Source of the DNA: Patescibacteria group bacterium
GTDB lineage: Bacteria > Patescibacteriota > Microgenomatia > UBA8517
Reading direction: 5' to 3'
Length of the DNA stretch: 64,000 nt
Assembly: GCA_035291665.1 (NCBI GenBank)
Contig: DATDRP010000006.1
Location: 74,961 to 138,960 of the forward strand
Of this stretch, positions 37,101 through 46,803 are shown one piece after another. A program made the position numbers and the translations under genes. The stretch's first letter is position 1. The number at the start of each line of letters is the position of its first letter. The notes below the pieces were generated by a model. That model searched no databases, was not told the DNA's origin, and was given only the letters and a program-made list of their open reading frames with translations.

Positions 37101-37878
37101 AACTCAGCTTACGCTTCGTACCAAGCATAGCGGTGGAGTTGTTGGAGTTGATGTTACACAGGGTCTTCCGAGAGTGGAAGAACTTTTTGAGGCAAGGACG
37201 CCGAAGGTGTTTTCGCCCCTGACGGAAATTTCAGGCAAGGTTACACTCGGTGAAGTTGAGGAAGGTTGGAAAGTAACAGTTACCTCTGTTACCGCAAAAC
37301 CGAAAGAAGAAAGAGAGTATATCGTTCCCAAGACCCTAAAGATTGGTGTTGAGGATAAACAATTAGTTGATTCCGGCGTACCTCTTGCAGAAGGGTATCT
37401 TGATATCAAAGAAATTCTTGCCATCCGCGGACTTCGATCAGCCCAGGAATATCTTGTGAATGAAATTCAATCGGTTTATGAAAATCAGGGAATTCCCATA
37501 AACGATAAGCATTTCGAGGTAATGGTTCGCAAAATGAGTGACGAAGTTAAAGTTATAACCGCCGGCGACACACCGCTCTTGCCCGGAGAGCTGGTTGATA
37601 AAGCATCATTTGAAGAAGAAAATGAGAAAGTTCTTGCTGCAGGCGGAGAACCAGCAACTGCGCAACAGGTTATTTTGGGAATCACCAGAAGGGCACTCTT
37701 TACGGAAAGCTGGCTGTCAGCTGCTTCGTTCGAACAGACGACCGATGTTCTTACCAACGCATCTCTTCTTGCAAAAGAAGATAAACTTTTGGGATTGAAG
37801 GAAAATGTTATAATCGGCAGGCTGATTCCGGTCTCTGTAGAGAAAGCATCGGAAATGAGTGTATCAAGAACGAGATAA
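34150..37878 (+). CDS. rpoC: DNA-directed RNA polymerase subunit beta'
   Basis: 1242 aa. Zn-binding [27 protein letters not shown] catalytic motif, and a C-terminal Cys cluster. Confidence 0.97.
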   Translation: MEPLTGLKNLIDFKKLIISLASPEDIRKWSRGEVTKPETINYRTLKPEKDGLFDERIFGPTKDWECYCGKYKRIRYKGVICDKCGVEVTQSRVRRERMGHIGLASPVVHVWYFKGAPSKLSLLLDVPPRAIEQVIYFARYLVLSVEDKKKKEAIVRIEKAWAEKDKELKEGYEQRRTVLKDKAKEEKQKVEKKIKNKEQVSLALSEVELDFRKKEATLTKEEKQTLQRTQELFENLGLTVKDLKELSILSEEEYEQLSIYDAADFFEAKMGADGVLAAIGKVNLEELNVQLRKDLLETKNISSKYVKLAKRLKLIDGMRRAKVNPSSMVLRVLPVLPPDLRPMVQLSGGRFATSDLNDLYRRVINRNNRLKHLINLGAPEIILRNEKRMLQESVDSLIDASQRKATRRGRGKQPLRSLSDMLKGKQGRFRQNLLGKRVDYSGRSVIIVGPDLSLNECGIPKEMALEMFKPFVLKEMILRGIAPNVKSAKNMLDKRPPEVFDILEEITKNHPVILNRAPTLHKLSIQAFYPVLIEGDAIRLHPAICSGFNADFDGDQMAVHVPLSVKAVDEARELMLPEKNLLRPSDGSPVSTPASKEMALGVYYMTKINVKIEPYWSVFASKEEAIKAYQSQVIDLKQQIPLYLNGEIIDTTAGRILFNEALPENFDFVNEAVTSTLIKQLFAKVYADSESSVVAKMIDKVKDLGFLGGTLSGFSFGIFDAKVYPGKAQILKNADKKVAEHEKNYETGLITAEEKKRLVQEVWIETTEELTDKTWELLDSDNPIKTVIDAKVGRTSRDQVKQLAAIRGLVVDPLGKIVEMPIKSNFREGLSVFEYLTSSRGSRKGLTDTALKTADAGYLTRRLVDVAHDVLIRKDDCGTTKGIEIRKGDRPKFIERLVGRVLAEPVKDAKGKVLIANSTLLSTADLKLIDESKVEKVIIRSPLTCEERYGVCSMCYGRDLSKKGFVEIGTPVGVIAAQSIGEPGTQLTLRTKHSGGVVGVDVTQGLPRVEELFEARTPKVFSPLTEISGKVTLGEVEEGWKVTVTSVTAKPKEEREYIVPKTLKIGVEDKQLVDSGVPLAEGYLDIKEILAIRGLRSAQEYLVNEIQSVYENQGIPINDKHFEVMVRKMSDEVKVITAGDTPLLPGELVDKASFEEENEKVLAAGGEPATAQQVILGITRRALFTESWLSAASFEQTTDVLTNASLLAKEDKLLGLKENVIIGRLIPVSVEKASEMSVSRTR

Positions 37879-37882
37879 ATAT

Positions 37883-38347
37883 ATGCCTACATCACAACAA
37901 TTAATAAGAAAAGGCAGGAAAAAAGTTATCAAGAAGTCCAAAAAAGGGGCTTTGAGGCGTTGGTTTAACGCAAAAGACAGACGGTTTGGCGAGAACCCAT
38001 CACCTTTCAAAAGAGGTGTTGTGCTTCTGGTCAGGACAATGACACCCAAAAAACCAAATTCAGCCTTGAGAAAAATCTGCCGGGTAAGATTATCCAATAA
38101 ACAGGAAGTTACAGCCTATATTCCCGGAGAAGGTCATGAGTTGGCGGAACACTCAATGGTTTTGGTCAGATACGGTCGTGTTAAGGATTTACCCGGAGTG
38201 AAATACCAAGTTGTGAGGGGGAAACTTGATACAACCGGAGTTTCGGGAAGAAAGAGTTCACGAAGCAAATACGGTGCGAAAAAATCCGGAATGGTAACAG
38301 GACCCGTTGGAGCTGCAGCTCCGGCTGAACCTGCCGCACAAGGTTAA
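37883..38347 (+). CDS. rpsL: 30S ribosomal protein S12
   Basis: [13 protein letters not shown] ... [10 protein letters not shown]. Short Ala/Pro C-terminal extension. The ATG at 37883 lies inside a longer listed ORF. Confidence 0.9.
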   Translation: MPTSQQLIRKGRKKVIKKSKKGALRRWFNAKDRRFGENPSPFKRGVVLLVRTMTPKKPNSALRKICRVRLSNKQEVTAYIPGEGHELAEHSMVLVRYGRVKDLPGVKYQVVRGKLDTTGVSGRKSSRSKYGAKKSGMVTGPVGAAAPAEPAAQG

Positions 38348-38369
38348 TTAAATAAATTTATAGAAAAAT

Positions 38370-38846
38370 ATGGCAAGAAGGGGTAGTTCAAAACCAAAGA
38401 AAATTAATCCCGATCCCGTTTATAAAAATAGGCTGGTTGCTAAATTTATAAACCGGGTAATGCATGATGGCAAAAAAAGCGTAACCCAGAAACAGGTTTA
38501 TGACGCTTTTGAACTGTTGAAAAAAGACGGTGATGATCCGATTAAGGTTTTTACTCAGGCAGTCGAAAACATCAAACCGAATATGGAAGTTCGGGCACGA
38601 AGAATCGGAGGGGCAGCATATCAAATTCCAATACCCGTTCGCGGATCAAGAAAAGAATCTCTTGCCATCAGATGGCTGGTTGGTTCGACAAGGGCAAGAT
38701 CAAATTCCGAATTTAAGACTTTTGCCGAAAAACTGGCTGTAGAACTCAAGGATGCTATCAAAGGGGAAGGTCTTGCGATGAAAAAGAAAAACGATATGGA
38801 AAGAATGGCCGAAGCCAACAAAGCTTTCTCTCACTTCAAGTGGTAA
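38370..38846 (+). CDS. rpsG: 30S ribosomal protein S7
   Basis: 158 aa with S7 signature segments. Confidence 0.9.
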   Translation: MARRGSSKPKKINPDPVYKNRLVAKFINRVMHDGKKSVTQKQVYDAFELLKKDGDDPIKVFTQAVENIKPNMEVRARRIGGAAYQIPIPVRGSRKESLAIRWLVGSTRARSNSEFKTFAEKLAVELKDAIKGEGLAMKKKNDMERMAEANKAFSHFKW

Positions 38847-38884
38847 ATTAAAACATTTTCATAAACTTCTAAGGAGTTTTTTAT

Positions 38885-39223
38885 ATGGATAAGGAAAATA
38901 AAAACCAAGAACTTCTTCCGGAAGTTACACGAGCACTTCAAAAAATTTATTCTATTTACGGTAAAGAATCCGATTGGGGATGGCTGGTAAAAGCTGTCTT
39001 AAGATGTAGGTTAGCCAAATTATCGTCGTTTAAAGCGATGGAGTTGAGATCTGATATTTTATTAGGCAAAAAGAAATGCCCAATGAGTGGTATTACAACA
39101 GATCAATTTCTGGCTCCTCATCCTGCCGACAACATTGCGGGTGCAATCGCGGCAAGAAATTTTCCCGAGAAGTGTCCGCTTTGTGGACAAGAGCCCGGAG
39201 TATTTGATTTTGATATCGAATAG
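38885..39223 (+). CDS. Hypothetical Cys-containing protein (112 aa) inserted between rpsG and fusA
   Basis: Intact ORF with KKKCPMSG ... KCPLCGQ (possible C4). No family recognised. Confidence 0.4.
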   Translation: MDKENKNQELLPEVTRALQKIYSIYGKESDWGWLVKAVLRCRLAKLSSFKAMELRSDILLGKKKCPMSGITTDQFLAPHPADNIAGAIAARNFPEKCPLCGQEPGVFDFDIE

Positions 39224-39263
39224 GGAATTTGATACTGATGGGAATTGTTGTTACAATATCTTA

Positions 39264-39291
39264 CTGCTTCGGAATCGAAGCAGATTTTTTT
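39264..39291 (+). terminator. Rho-independent terminator
   Basis: Perfect 8-bp stem CTGCTTCG-GAAT-CGAAGCAG followed by A and TTTTTTT. Confidence 0.7.
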
Positions 39292-39305
39292 GTAAAAATT
39301 ATTTC

Positions 39306-39337
39306 TTAATATCTTAGTATCATAATATCGTAATATC
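39306..39337 (+). repeat. 4 x octamer tandem repeat (TTAATATC, TTAGTATC, ATAATATC, GTAATATC) immediately upstream of fusA
   Basis: Exact 8-nt period. It ends 10 nt before the fusA ORF. A related 3-unit array is at 4965-4988. Confidence 0.55.
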
Positions 39338-39347
39338 TTTTTAAAGT

Positions 39348-41510
39348 ATGCCTGTACAAGCAACAAAGAAAAAAGCAAGTCTTGTTATGACGGTTACCAA
39401 AGACCGGGAAGTTTCAATGGAAAAAATCAGAAACATTGGGATTATTGCCCATATTGACGCCGGAAAAACAACAACAACAGAAAGACTTCTTTTTGAAACG
39501 GGAAAAACATACAAGCAAGGATCGGTCGATGAAGGAACAACCGTAACCGATTGGATGGACCAGGAACGGGAGCGTGGAATTACAATTGTTTCTGCAGCAA
39601 TCACAACTTTTTGGGATCTTAAAGAACAAGGGTCAGTTGAAAACGGGCATTACAGAATCAATATTATTGACACGCCGGGGCATATTGACTTCACTGCGGA
39701 AGTTGAAAGATCACTGCGTGTTCTGGATGGTGCGATCATGGTTTTTGACGGCCGGACTGGTGTTGAATCTCAATCAGAAACGGTCTGGCGTCAGGCTGAC
39801 AAATATAATGTTCCGAGAATTTGTTCACTTAACAAATTGAATCTGATTGGTGCGGACTTTGAAGGTTCAATAAAATCTATTAAAGATAAACTTGGAGCAA
39901 ATGCATCCCCAATCCAGATTCCGATTGGCCTTGAACATGAACATAGGGGAATAGTTGATCTAATCAAGATGAAAGCTCTCACCTATAAGGGTATTGAAGA
40001 CAACGAATTGACGGTTGAGGAAATTCCAAGCGATCTTAAGGAAATGGCCGATAAATATCGGCAACAGCTGATTGAAGCTGTGTCCGAATTTGATGATGAA
40101 GCCTTGGCAAAATATCTTGAAGGAAGCGAACCCAATGAAACTGAGCTTAAAAGAGCGATTCGAAAAGGTGTTGTATCAGGGAAGTTTTTTCCAGTTCTTG
40201 GGGGCGACAACAGAATGGCAACAGCAAAGCTTTTATTGAATGCGGTTGTTGAATACTTGCCTTCTCCTTTGGATGTCCCGCCGGTTCATGGAATTAACCC
40301 AAGAACAGGAGAAAAAGCAGAAAGAAAACCTGAAAATACGGAACCCTTCAGTGCCCTTGCATTCAAAGTTGTAACAGATCCGCATGTCGGACGATTGGTA
40401 TACATAAGAATTTATTCAGGGAAAGTGAAACCGGGGGATTCGATTTATAACGTAGCAAAACAAAAAGGTGAACGTGTGGGAAAATTGGTACTTTTGCATG
40501 CAGATCAAAGAGAGTTGATTGAAGAAGCGTTTACGGGAGAAATCGTTGCCGTTGTAGGAATCAAAGATACTTCAACAGGAGATTCCCTGTGTGACCCGAA
40601 TAACCTGATTTCATTGGAGTCAATTTCTTTTCCCGAACCGGTTATTTCGCTTGCGATTGAACCGACAACAAAAGCTGATCAGGAAAAAATGGGACTTGCG
40701 CTACAGAAGCTTTCGGATGAAGATCCCACATTCAGGATAAAATCCAATCCGGAGACAGGCCAAACAATTATTTCCGGAATGGGAGAGCTTCAGCTTGAGA
40801 TCTTAGTTGACCGGATGAAGAGGGAATTCAACGTCAACGCCACAACCGGATCACCCCAGGTTGCTTATAAAGAAACAGTTAAGAAGAGTGCTGAAGGTGA
40901 AGGAAAGTATATTCGCCAAACAGGAGGCCGTGGTCAATATGGCCACTGTTTCATCAGGGTTGAACCGCTAGGCCGTGGCGAAGGAGTTGCATTTGAATCA
41001 GCAATTAAAGGCGGAGCGATTCCGGCTGAATTTGTTACATCTATTGAAAAAGGAGTCAAAGAGAAGTTTGAAAAAGGAATCATGGCAGGTTTTCCGGTAA
41101 CAGATATTAAAGCTGTAGTATATGACGGAACTTATCACGATGTTGATTCATCCGACATTGCCTTTAAGATTGCCGGTTCAATGGCAGTTGAAGCTGCGGT
41201 AAGAAGAGCTGATATGATTCTTCTGGAACCGATCATGAAGGTTGAGGTTTCCACCCCCGAAGAATTTATGGGAGACATTATTGGAGACCTTTCAAGTAAG
41301 CGCGCACAAATTCAGGGAACAGAAACCAGAGGGTTGGAAACCGTTGTAAATGCAGTTGCACCATTAGCCGAGCTTTCGGGTTATGCCACCAAACTACGGT
41401 CAATTTCTCAGGGACGAGCGCGTGCGTATGTTGAGCCTTCTCACTATGAAGAAGTTCCCAAAAATATTGCTGATGCGATTGTTGCCAAGAGTGGGAAGTC
41501 CGCAGAATAA
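39348..41510 (+). CDS. fusA: Elongation factor G
   Basis: G domain (IGIIAHIDAGKTTTTE, DTPGHIDF) and domains II-V. The true start may be an internal Met at 39387 (MTVTKDREVSMEKIRNIG). Confidence 0.95.
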   Translation: MPVQATKKKASLVMTVTKDREVSMEKIRNIGIIAHIDAGKTTTTERLLFETGKTYKQGSVDEGTTVTDWMDQERERGITIVSAAITTFWDLKEQGSVENGHYRINIIDTPGHIDFTAEVERSLRVLDGAIMVFDGRTGVESQSETVWRQADKYNVPRICSLNKLNLIGADFEGSIKSIKDKLGANASPIQIPIGLEHEHRGIVDLIKMKALTYKGIEDNELTVEEIPSDLKEMADKYRQQLIEAVSEFDDEALAKYLEGSEPNETELKRAIRKGVVSGKFFPVLGGDNRMATAKLLLNAVVEYLPSPLDVPPVHGINPRTGEKAERKPENTEPFSALAFKVVTDPHVGRLVYIRIYSGKVKPGDSIYNVAKQKGERVGKLVLLHADQRELIEEAFTGEIVAVVGIKDTSTGDSLCDPNNLISLESISFPEPVISLAIEPTTKADQEKMGLALQKLSDEDPTFRIKSNPETGQTIISGMGELQLEILVDRMKREFNVNATTGSPQVAYKETVKKSAEGEGKYIRQTGGRGQYGHCFIRVEPLGRGEGVAFESAIKGGAIPAEFVTSIEKGVKEKFEKGIMAGFPVTDIKAVVYDGTYHDVDSSDIAFKIAGSMAVEAAVRRADMILLEPIMKVEVSTPEEFMGDIIGDLSSKRAQIQGTETRGLETVVNAVAPLAELSGYATKLRSISQGRARAYVEPSHYEEVPKNIADAIVAKSGKSAE

Positions 41511-41514
41511 ATCT

Positions 41515-41853
41515 ATGATAAAGGAAATTCAAATTGAATTAGGTACTGTTTTTACGATTTCCGAACGGTATTTAAATGAATTCCGAACTAATGTTGTAAC
41601 CGATCCGGGGGAGGAAAAATGGTTCCAATCGGGGATCCTGTTTCAGGACGAAAAAGGATTGAATATGATTGCTCCCGGAGGTACAGGTGGAATTGAAGAC
41701 GTTAAAGAGATAGTTGGAAAAATGAAAAAAGAGGAAGTAATTGAGGCAATGAAGAGATTTTGGGTGTTCAAACATCATCGCGATTTTCCGAAGGAACTAT
41801 TAGATGATATTGAAAAGTGTGCAGAGAAAGGTTCCAGAATTCTGGGCAGTTGA
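41515..41853 (+). CDS. Hypothetical protein (112 aa) inserted between fusA and tuf
   Basis: An ATG 5 nt after the fusA stop opens an intact ORF (MIKEIQIELGTVFTISERY...). The listed longer ORF, 41383-41853, overlaps fusA in another frame and is trimmed here. Confidence 0.4.
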   Translation: MIKEIQIELGTVFTISERYLNEFRTNVVTDPGEEKWFQSGILFQDEKGLNMIAPGGTGGIEDVKEIVGKMKKEEVIEAMKRFWVFKHHRDFPKELLDDIEKCAEKGSRILGS

Positions 41854-41973
41854 TTGAGCTGATATCAACTTGTTTTACTTGGATATTGTTTAGGCAGCAA
41901 AGTCAGCGATTGCGGGTAAGACGAAAGTTGAGTATTGACAAGCCTAATTAGCCTTGATTATAATACCAACACT

Positions 41974-41999
41974 AGGACATCAAATGTCCTTGTTTTTTT
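41974..41999 (+). terminator. Rho-independent terminator
   Basis: AGGACAT-CAA-ATGTCCT (7-bp stem) followed by TG and TTTTTTT. It sits just downstream of a strong TTGACA (41935-40) ... TATAAT (41959-64) promoter-like pair. Confidence 0.7.
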
Positions 42000-42060
42000 G
42001 AAGAGAAGAATTTATACTTAAATTTGGTTAATCGTATTAACTAAATTAAAATTAATTAAA

Positions 42061-43260
42061 ATGGCCGGAGAAGCAAAACAAAAATTTGAAAGAAATAAAC
42101 CACATGTCAATGTCGGGACTATTGGCCATGTTGACCATGGAAAAACAACTTTAACTGCAGCCATTACAACTGTTCTTTCCAAGCAAGCCGGAAATAAAAC
42201 AAAAGCCTTCAAGTTTGACGAAATTGATAACGCCCCTGAAGAAAAAGAAAGAGGAGTCACAATTAATATTTCCCACATCGAATACGAAACAGAGAAACGT
42301 CATTACGCCCATATCGACGCTCCTGGACACGCAGACTACATTAAGAATATGATCACGGGCGCTGCTCAGATGGATGGCGCAATTTTGGTTATTTCTGCTC
42401 CTGACGGACCTATGCCCCAAACCCGAGAACACATTATCTTGGCCCGCCAGGTTAACGTTCCGGCACTTGTGGTTGCGCTTAACAAAATTGATGCCATGGA
42501 CGATCCGGAACTTATTGAACTAGTTGAAAGCGATATCCGTGAGCTTCTGAAAAAATATCAGTATCCGGGCGATGAGATTCCCATAGTCAGAGTCTCTGCA
42601 CTTAAAGCTCTCGAAGGCGATGCCGAAGCTGAGAAACAAATTTTGGAATTAATGAAGAAAGTAGATGAATATATTCCGGATCCCGTAAGAGATACCGACA
42701 AGCCGTTTTTAATGCCGGTCGAGGATGTTTTCTCAATCAAAGGCCGGGGAACAGTGGCCACCGGTAGGGTTGAAAGAGGAAAGCTTAACCTTAATGAAGA
42801 AGTTGAAGTTATCGGACTGAAAGCAACAACAAAATCGGTTGCAACCGGTCTTGAGATGTTCAGAAAAAGTCTTGATTTCACCCAGGCTGGGGATAACGTC
42901 GGAGTTTTGCTTCGGGGAATAGAAAAAGATGATATTGAAAGAGGTCAGGTCCTTGCAAAACCAGGATCAATTACTCCCCACACAGAATTTGAAGCTGAGG
43001 TTTATATACTATCCAAAGAGGAAGGCGGACGTCATACGCCGTTCTTCACAGGCTACAAACCTCAGTTCTTCATTAGAACAGCAGATGTTACGGGAGATGT
43101 AACTCTTCCTGAAGGAATTGAAATGGTTATGCCCGGCGACAGCGCCAAAATGAAAGTGAAACTTATTCAACCGGTAGCATGTGAAGAAGGGTTCCGTTTT
43201 GCAATTCGTGAAGGCGGATCCACAGTTGGTGCCGGTGTTATCACCAAGATATTGGTTTAG
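42061..43260 (+). CDS. tuf: Elongation factor Tu
   Basis: [27 protein letters not shown] and domains II/III. 399 aa. Confidence 0.97.
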   Translation: MAGEAKQKFERNKPHVNVGTIGHVDHGKTTLTAAITTVLSKQAGNKTKAFKFDEIDNAPEEKERGVTINISHIEYETEKRHYAHIDAPGHADYIKNMITGAAQMDGAILVISAPDGPMPQTREHIILARQVNVPALVVALNKIDAMDDPELIELVESDIRELLKKYQYPGDEIPIVRVSALKALEGDAEAEKQILELMKKVDEYIPDPVRDTDKPFLMPVEDVFSIKGRGTVATGRVERGKLNLNEEVEVIGLKATTKSVATGLEMFRKSLDFTQAGDNVGVLLRGIEKDDIERGQVLAKPGSITPHTEFEAEVYILSKEEGGRHTPFFTGYKPQFFIRTADVTGDVTLPEGIEMVMPGDSAKMKVKLIQPVACEEGFRFAIREGGSTVGAGVITKILV

Positions 43261-43295
43261 TTTTAATTTTTATTAATTTTGCTCTTTGACGACTT

Positions 43296-43607
43296 ATGGC
43301 AACTGGCAGGCTCAGAGTTAAGCTGAAAGGATATGATCACCGCTTAGTAGATGAAGCGGCAGCTAAGATATTGGATGTAGCCATTGCAACAGGTGCCAAA
43401 ATAGTCGGTCCTATTCCTTTGCCCACAAGAAGAACTCTTTATCCCGTTGTTCCCGCAACCTCGCGCGGAATCAAAAATGCCCAGGAACACTTTGAAATGC
43501 TCGTCCATAAAAGATTAATTGATATACAAGACCCCTCCAATAGAACGATAGACTCACTCTCCAATCTCGATCTCCCGGCAGGCGTCAGCATAGAAGTGAA
43601 AATGTAA
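43296..43607 (+). CDS. rpsJ: 30S ribosomal protein S10
   Basis: 103 aa. RLRVKLKGYDHRLVDEAAAKI matches the S10 signature. Confidence 0.9.
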   Translation: MATGRLRVKLKGYDHRLVDEAAAKILDVAIATGAKIVGPIPLPTRRTLYPVVPATSRGIKNAQEHFEMLVHKRLIDIQDPSNRTIDSLSNLDLPAGVSIEVKM

Positions 43608-43681
43608 TTGTAATTTCTTCTGTATTTCTTATTTACATTTAATTTACCCGACTATTAAATTGTTATATTCTTAAACTATTA

Positions 43682-44042
43682 ATGAAGTACTTGAAACTGA
43701 AAGATATAGGTGCTTACCGCAGATCATATGCACTTTCAAATTACATTTGGGAATTAGTAATAAAGTGGAACACCTTCACCAAAAACACCATTGGATCACA
43801 GTTTGTCCGAGCAGTAGATTAATGTAGCGGAAGGATTTGGAAAATATTATGTTAAAGATATGATAAGACACTATCGGATTTCTAGGGGTTCAACATTAGA
43901 GTCATTGGATTGGAATGAAAAAGCCAAGAAGCGTAATTTGTTAAATAAGACGGAATACAGTTATATTCTTCAAGAATTACTAAGTCTCCCTCTGGAAATT
44001 AACCAGCTAATTAAATTTACAAAGAAAAACCTAAATCAGTAA
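43682..44042 (+). pseudogene. Disrupted four-helix-bundle protein gene (PF05635-like '23S rRNA intervening-sequence protein' family)
   Basis: The N-terminal part (MKYLKLKDIGAYRRSYALSNYIWELV ... GSQFVRAVD) runs into an in-frame TAA at 43820-43822. The family-typical continuation INVAEGFGKYYVKDMIRHYRISRGSTLESL resumes in the +1 frame, which is the listed ORF 43860-44042. Confidence 0.5.
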
Positions 44043-44071
44043 TAATAGTTTAGTAATTAAATAATATAATA

Positions 44072-44623
44072 ATGAAATCATTTGTTTCCCGTGCTGGAGA
44101 AAAATTACAATTTGCCTTGGATCAATTTAAAATTTCCGTGATGGATCTTACGGTTGCCGATTTTGGATCTTCAACCGGTGGTTTTGTGGATTGTTTACTC
44201 CAAAACGGAGCCAAAAAAGTTTATTCTGTTGATACTGCATATGGCGAGCTAGCCTGGACGCTTCGAAAAGACCCAAGGGTGGTTGTCATGGAACGCACGA
44301 ATGCTATGCATGTGAGGCTCCCTGAAAAGGTTGATCTGGTTACAATTGACACTTCCTGGACAAAACAGAGTAAGGTGCTTCCTAATGCGTTTGAGAGTCT
44401 TGTAGCGGGTGGATTTGTTATATCTTTGATAAAACCTCATTATGAGGCCGGGAAGGGAAAACTGAAGGCGGAAGAGGTGGATAAAGTGTTGAAAGTAGTA
44501 AAGGTAGATATTGAGTCAGCTGGAGGAAAAGTAAAAAATTTGGTTGAATCTCCGATTTTGGGTGAAAAAGGCAAAAACCGTGAATTCCTGGCTTTTATAA
44601 AACCGGCTCTCCCAATAGTGTGA
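44072..44623 (+). CDS. tlyA: TlyA-family rRNA 2'-O-methyltransferase (FtsJ-like domain only, no S4 domain)
   Basis: SRAGEKLQFALDQFKISVMDLTVADFGSSTGGFVDCLLQNGAKKVYSVDTAYGELAWTLRKDPRVVVMERTN matches the TlyA/FtsJ SAM-binding core. Confidence 0.7.
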   Translation: MKSFVSRAGEKLQFALDQFKISVMDLTVADFGSSTGGFVDCLLQNGAKKVYSVDTAYGELAWTLRKDPRVVVMERTNAMHVRLPEKVDLVTIDTSWTKQSKVLPNAFESLVAGGFVISLIKPHYEAGKGKLKAEEVDKVLKVVKVDIESAGGKVKNLVESPILGEKGKNREFLAFIKPALPIV

Positions 44624-44833
44624 AGTTATTTTAGCTCTAAGATATATGTATCAAAACTAACCCGATTGGCTTATCGATATTTGAATTTATGATTCGATTA
44701 TTATGTTTGTAATTTAACCTTGCTTTGATCTTGCCTAATCAGAACTTGTTTGATATACTTACCCTCGTCGTGGAGAAAGTTCGTCGTTTGACCACGTAGA
44801 TAAAAGTTAGCTGGCTGGAATGCTTGAAGTTAA

Positions 44834-44857
44834 GGCGCCTCCCGGCGCTTTTTTATT
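44834..44857 (+). terminator. Rho-independent terminator
   Basis: GGCGCC-TCCC-GGCGC followed by TTTTTTATT. Lies 210 nt after tlyA and 135 nt before rplC. Confidence 0.6.
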
Positions 44858-44991
44858 GACTTCTTTTTGAATTTTCAAATTGTAGTTAATAAACCCTGCT
44901 GCAAACACCCCTTGAGGCGTATATGAATAATATTGGAAAGCCGAAAGGTAAGTTGCGTAGGGTTTGATGAGGTCTTAAGAAAATTATTTAT

Positions 44992-45816
44992 ATGTTGAAT
45001 AGTTTACTTGGAATCAAACAAAAGATGGGGGCAACGTATGTTACCGATACCCGCGTTCCTGTGACATGGGTAAAAGTTGGTCCCTGTATCGTAACCCAGG
45101 TCAAGAATGAAGATAAAGACGGCTACTTTGCCATTCAACTCGGATTTGAAAGTAAAAAACTCAAAAACACTTCAAAGTCTCTGCAAGGACACCTCAAAAA
45201 AGCTCTTAAAAACGATAACTTCCCCCTCCATCAAGATTCAGAAGGACAAGCTAAACACAAAGCTCAAAAATTCCCCAGATACATAAAAGAAATAAGGTTG
45301 GATTCGGAATCCGATCTTAAAGTTGGAGACGTTGTAAAACTTTCCGATGTTTTCAAAAAAGGAGATGAAGTCGTGGTTACGGGAGTATCGAAAGGAAAGG
45401 GTTTTGCCGGAGTGGTGAAACGACATCATTTTGCAGGAGGTCCGAAAACCCATGGACAATCGGACAGAGAGAGAGCACCCGGATCGATCGGGCAAAGAAC
45501 TACTCCGGGTCGGGTTTGGAAGGGTAAAAGAATGGCGGGACGTATGGGGCAAGATACTGTATCGATAAAAAATTTAATTGTTGCCGAAGTTGACGATAAA
45601 GAAGGCTTAATTGCAATTTCAGGGGGACTTCCGGGATCAACCGGGGGTTTACTCATAGTCAGAAAAACCGGTTCCGGGAAGTTGGAAGAGCTGGTTGAAG
45701 AAACGCCCGTTGCACAGGTAGTTCAGGGAGAAGAAGAGGCATCAGGCGAAGAGAAGAAAAGCGCTGATGTGCCTGAAGGTACCCAAGCGGAAGCTAAGGT
45801 CGAGGATAAAAAATAA
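44992..45816 (+). CDS. rplC: 50S ribosomal protein L3 (with acidic C-terminal extension)
   Basis: L3 core (GKGFAGVVKRHHFAGGPKTHGQSDRERAPGSIG) and a ~50-aa E/K-rich tail. Confidence 0.9.
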   Translation: MLNSLLGIKQKMGATYVTDTRVPVTWVKVGPCIVTQVKNEDKDGYFAIQLGFESKKLKNTSKSLQGHLKKALKNDNFPLHQDSEGQAKHKAQKFPRYIKEIRLDSESDLKVGDVVKLSDVFKKGDEVVVTGVSKGKGFAGVVKRHHFAGGPKTHGQSDRERAPGSIGQRTTPGRVWKGKRMAGRMGQDTVSIKNLIVAEVDDKEGLIAISGGLPGSTGGLLIVRKTGSGKLEELVEETPVAQVVQGEEEASGEEKKSADVPEGTQAEAKVEDKK

Positions 45817-45824
45817 TATAAACC

Positions 45825-46517
45825 ATGTTAAAAATTGATACATATTCTCAAGTAGGTAAAAAAACAGGTTCAATCACCGCCCCGAAGGAGCTCTCGGGCA
45901 GGATTAACATGCCGCTTTTAGCCCAAGCTGTACGTGTATACAAAGATAGACAGCACAAGGGTCTTGCAAAAGTTCAAACCAGAGGTGAGATTACCTCCAT
46001 ATCAACAAGGAAAATTTATAGGCAAAAAGGAACCGGAGGCGCCAGACATGGTGCAAAATCAGCTCCTATTTTCGTTGGGGGAGGTATTGCCCATGGACCG
46101 ACAGGTGTAAAAAGAGAGCTTCAACTACCCCGCCGGATTAGAAGAAATGCGTTGGAAGCCGCACTTTCCTTGAAATTAAAACAAACACGAGCAGTATTGG
46201 TTGCCGGAATAGATAAGCTTGATAAGACAAAAGGAGCATCAACTCTGCTTGCCGGTATCAAAAAAGACCTTGGATTGAAAAAAGATGCGTCAGCAAGTCT
46301 GGTTATGGGGGATGTGTCAGAAAAAGTAAGCAAAGCATTCAGGAATATAAAAAATCTGAATGTTTACAGATTCCCGGACCTGAACGCATACAAGGTGTAT
46401 CTTGGAGGCCTGCTTTTACTCGATGAAAATATTTTTTCGAAGAAAACCGTCAAGAAATCAAATGCCGTTGTTAAAAAAACAGTCAAAAAAACAGTTAAAA
46501 AAATAAAAAATAAATAA
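45825..46517 (+). CDS. rplD: 50S ribosomal protein L4
   Basis: L4 signature (GTGGARHGAKSAPIFVGGGIAHGP) and a K-rich tail. Confidence 0.9.
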   Translation: MLKIDTYSQVGKKTGSITAPKELSGRINMPLLAQAVRVYKDRQHKGLAKVQTRGEITSISTRKIYRQKGTGGARHGAKSAPIFVGGGIAHGPTGVKRELQLPRRIRRNALEAALSLKLKQTRAVLVAGIDKLDKTKGASTLLAGIKKDLGLKKDASASLVMGDVSEKVSKAFRNIKNLNVYRFPDLNAYKVYLGGLLLLDENIFSKKTVKKSNAVVKKTVKKTVKKIKNK

Positions 46518-46525
46518 ATAAGATT

Positions 46526-46801
46526 ATGAAAATTAAACCGGTCTTAACCGAAAAAAGTCTGAATGAGGCAAAAAGGGGTAAATATACTTTTTACGTTTCG
46601 AAAAACTTGAATAAATACCAAATAAAAAATTTGATCAGTGGTGCTTTCGGAGTGACTGTAACGAGTGTAAAAACAATGATCAAAAGAGGTTTAATCAGGA
46701 AAAACTATTTGGGGAGAAAGATTTCAAAAACAGCTATTAAGAAAGCGGTCGTAACTTTAAAAGATAAAGAGAAAATTGATTTATTCGAAAGCAAAAAGTA
46801 A
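46526..46801 (+). CDS. rplW: 50S ribosomal protein L23
   Basis: 91 aa. L23-like (KPVLTEKSLNEAKRGKYTFYVSKNLNKYQIKNLI). Confidence 0.9.
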   Translation: MKIKPVLTEKSLNEAKRGKYTFYVSKNLNKYQIKNLISGAFGVTVTSVKTMIKRGLIRKNYLGRKISKTAIKKAVVTLKDKEKIDLFESKK

Positions 46802-46803
46802 TT

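Noticed and set aside
39306-39337. CRISPR-like appearance of the short tandem repeat arrays (TARTATC octamers, CTAATT arrays, AAAATTAAAAATTT repeats).
   Set aside because: Repeat units are 7-14 nt with no spacers of 25-40 nt and there are no cas genes. These are simple tandem or periodic motifs, not CRISPR.
41383-41853. The listed 156-aa ORF overlapping the 3' end of fusA.
   Set aside because: The first 44 codons overlap EF-G in another frame. An ATG at 41515, directly after the fusA stop, gives a clean 112-aa ORF, which was used.
44624-44991. tRNA or small RNA gene in the 370-nt gap between tlyA and rplC (a search for cloverleaf signatures such as GTTCGAATC T-arms).
   Set aside because: No tRNA-like arm arrangement was found. 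The only clear structure is a terminator hairpin (44834-44857) and a possible rplC leader stem. No rRNA or tRNA gene could be supported anywhere in the window.
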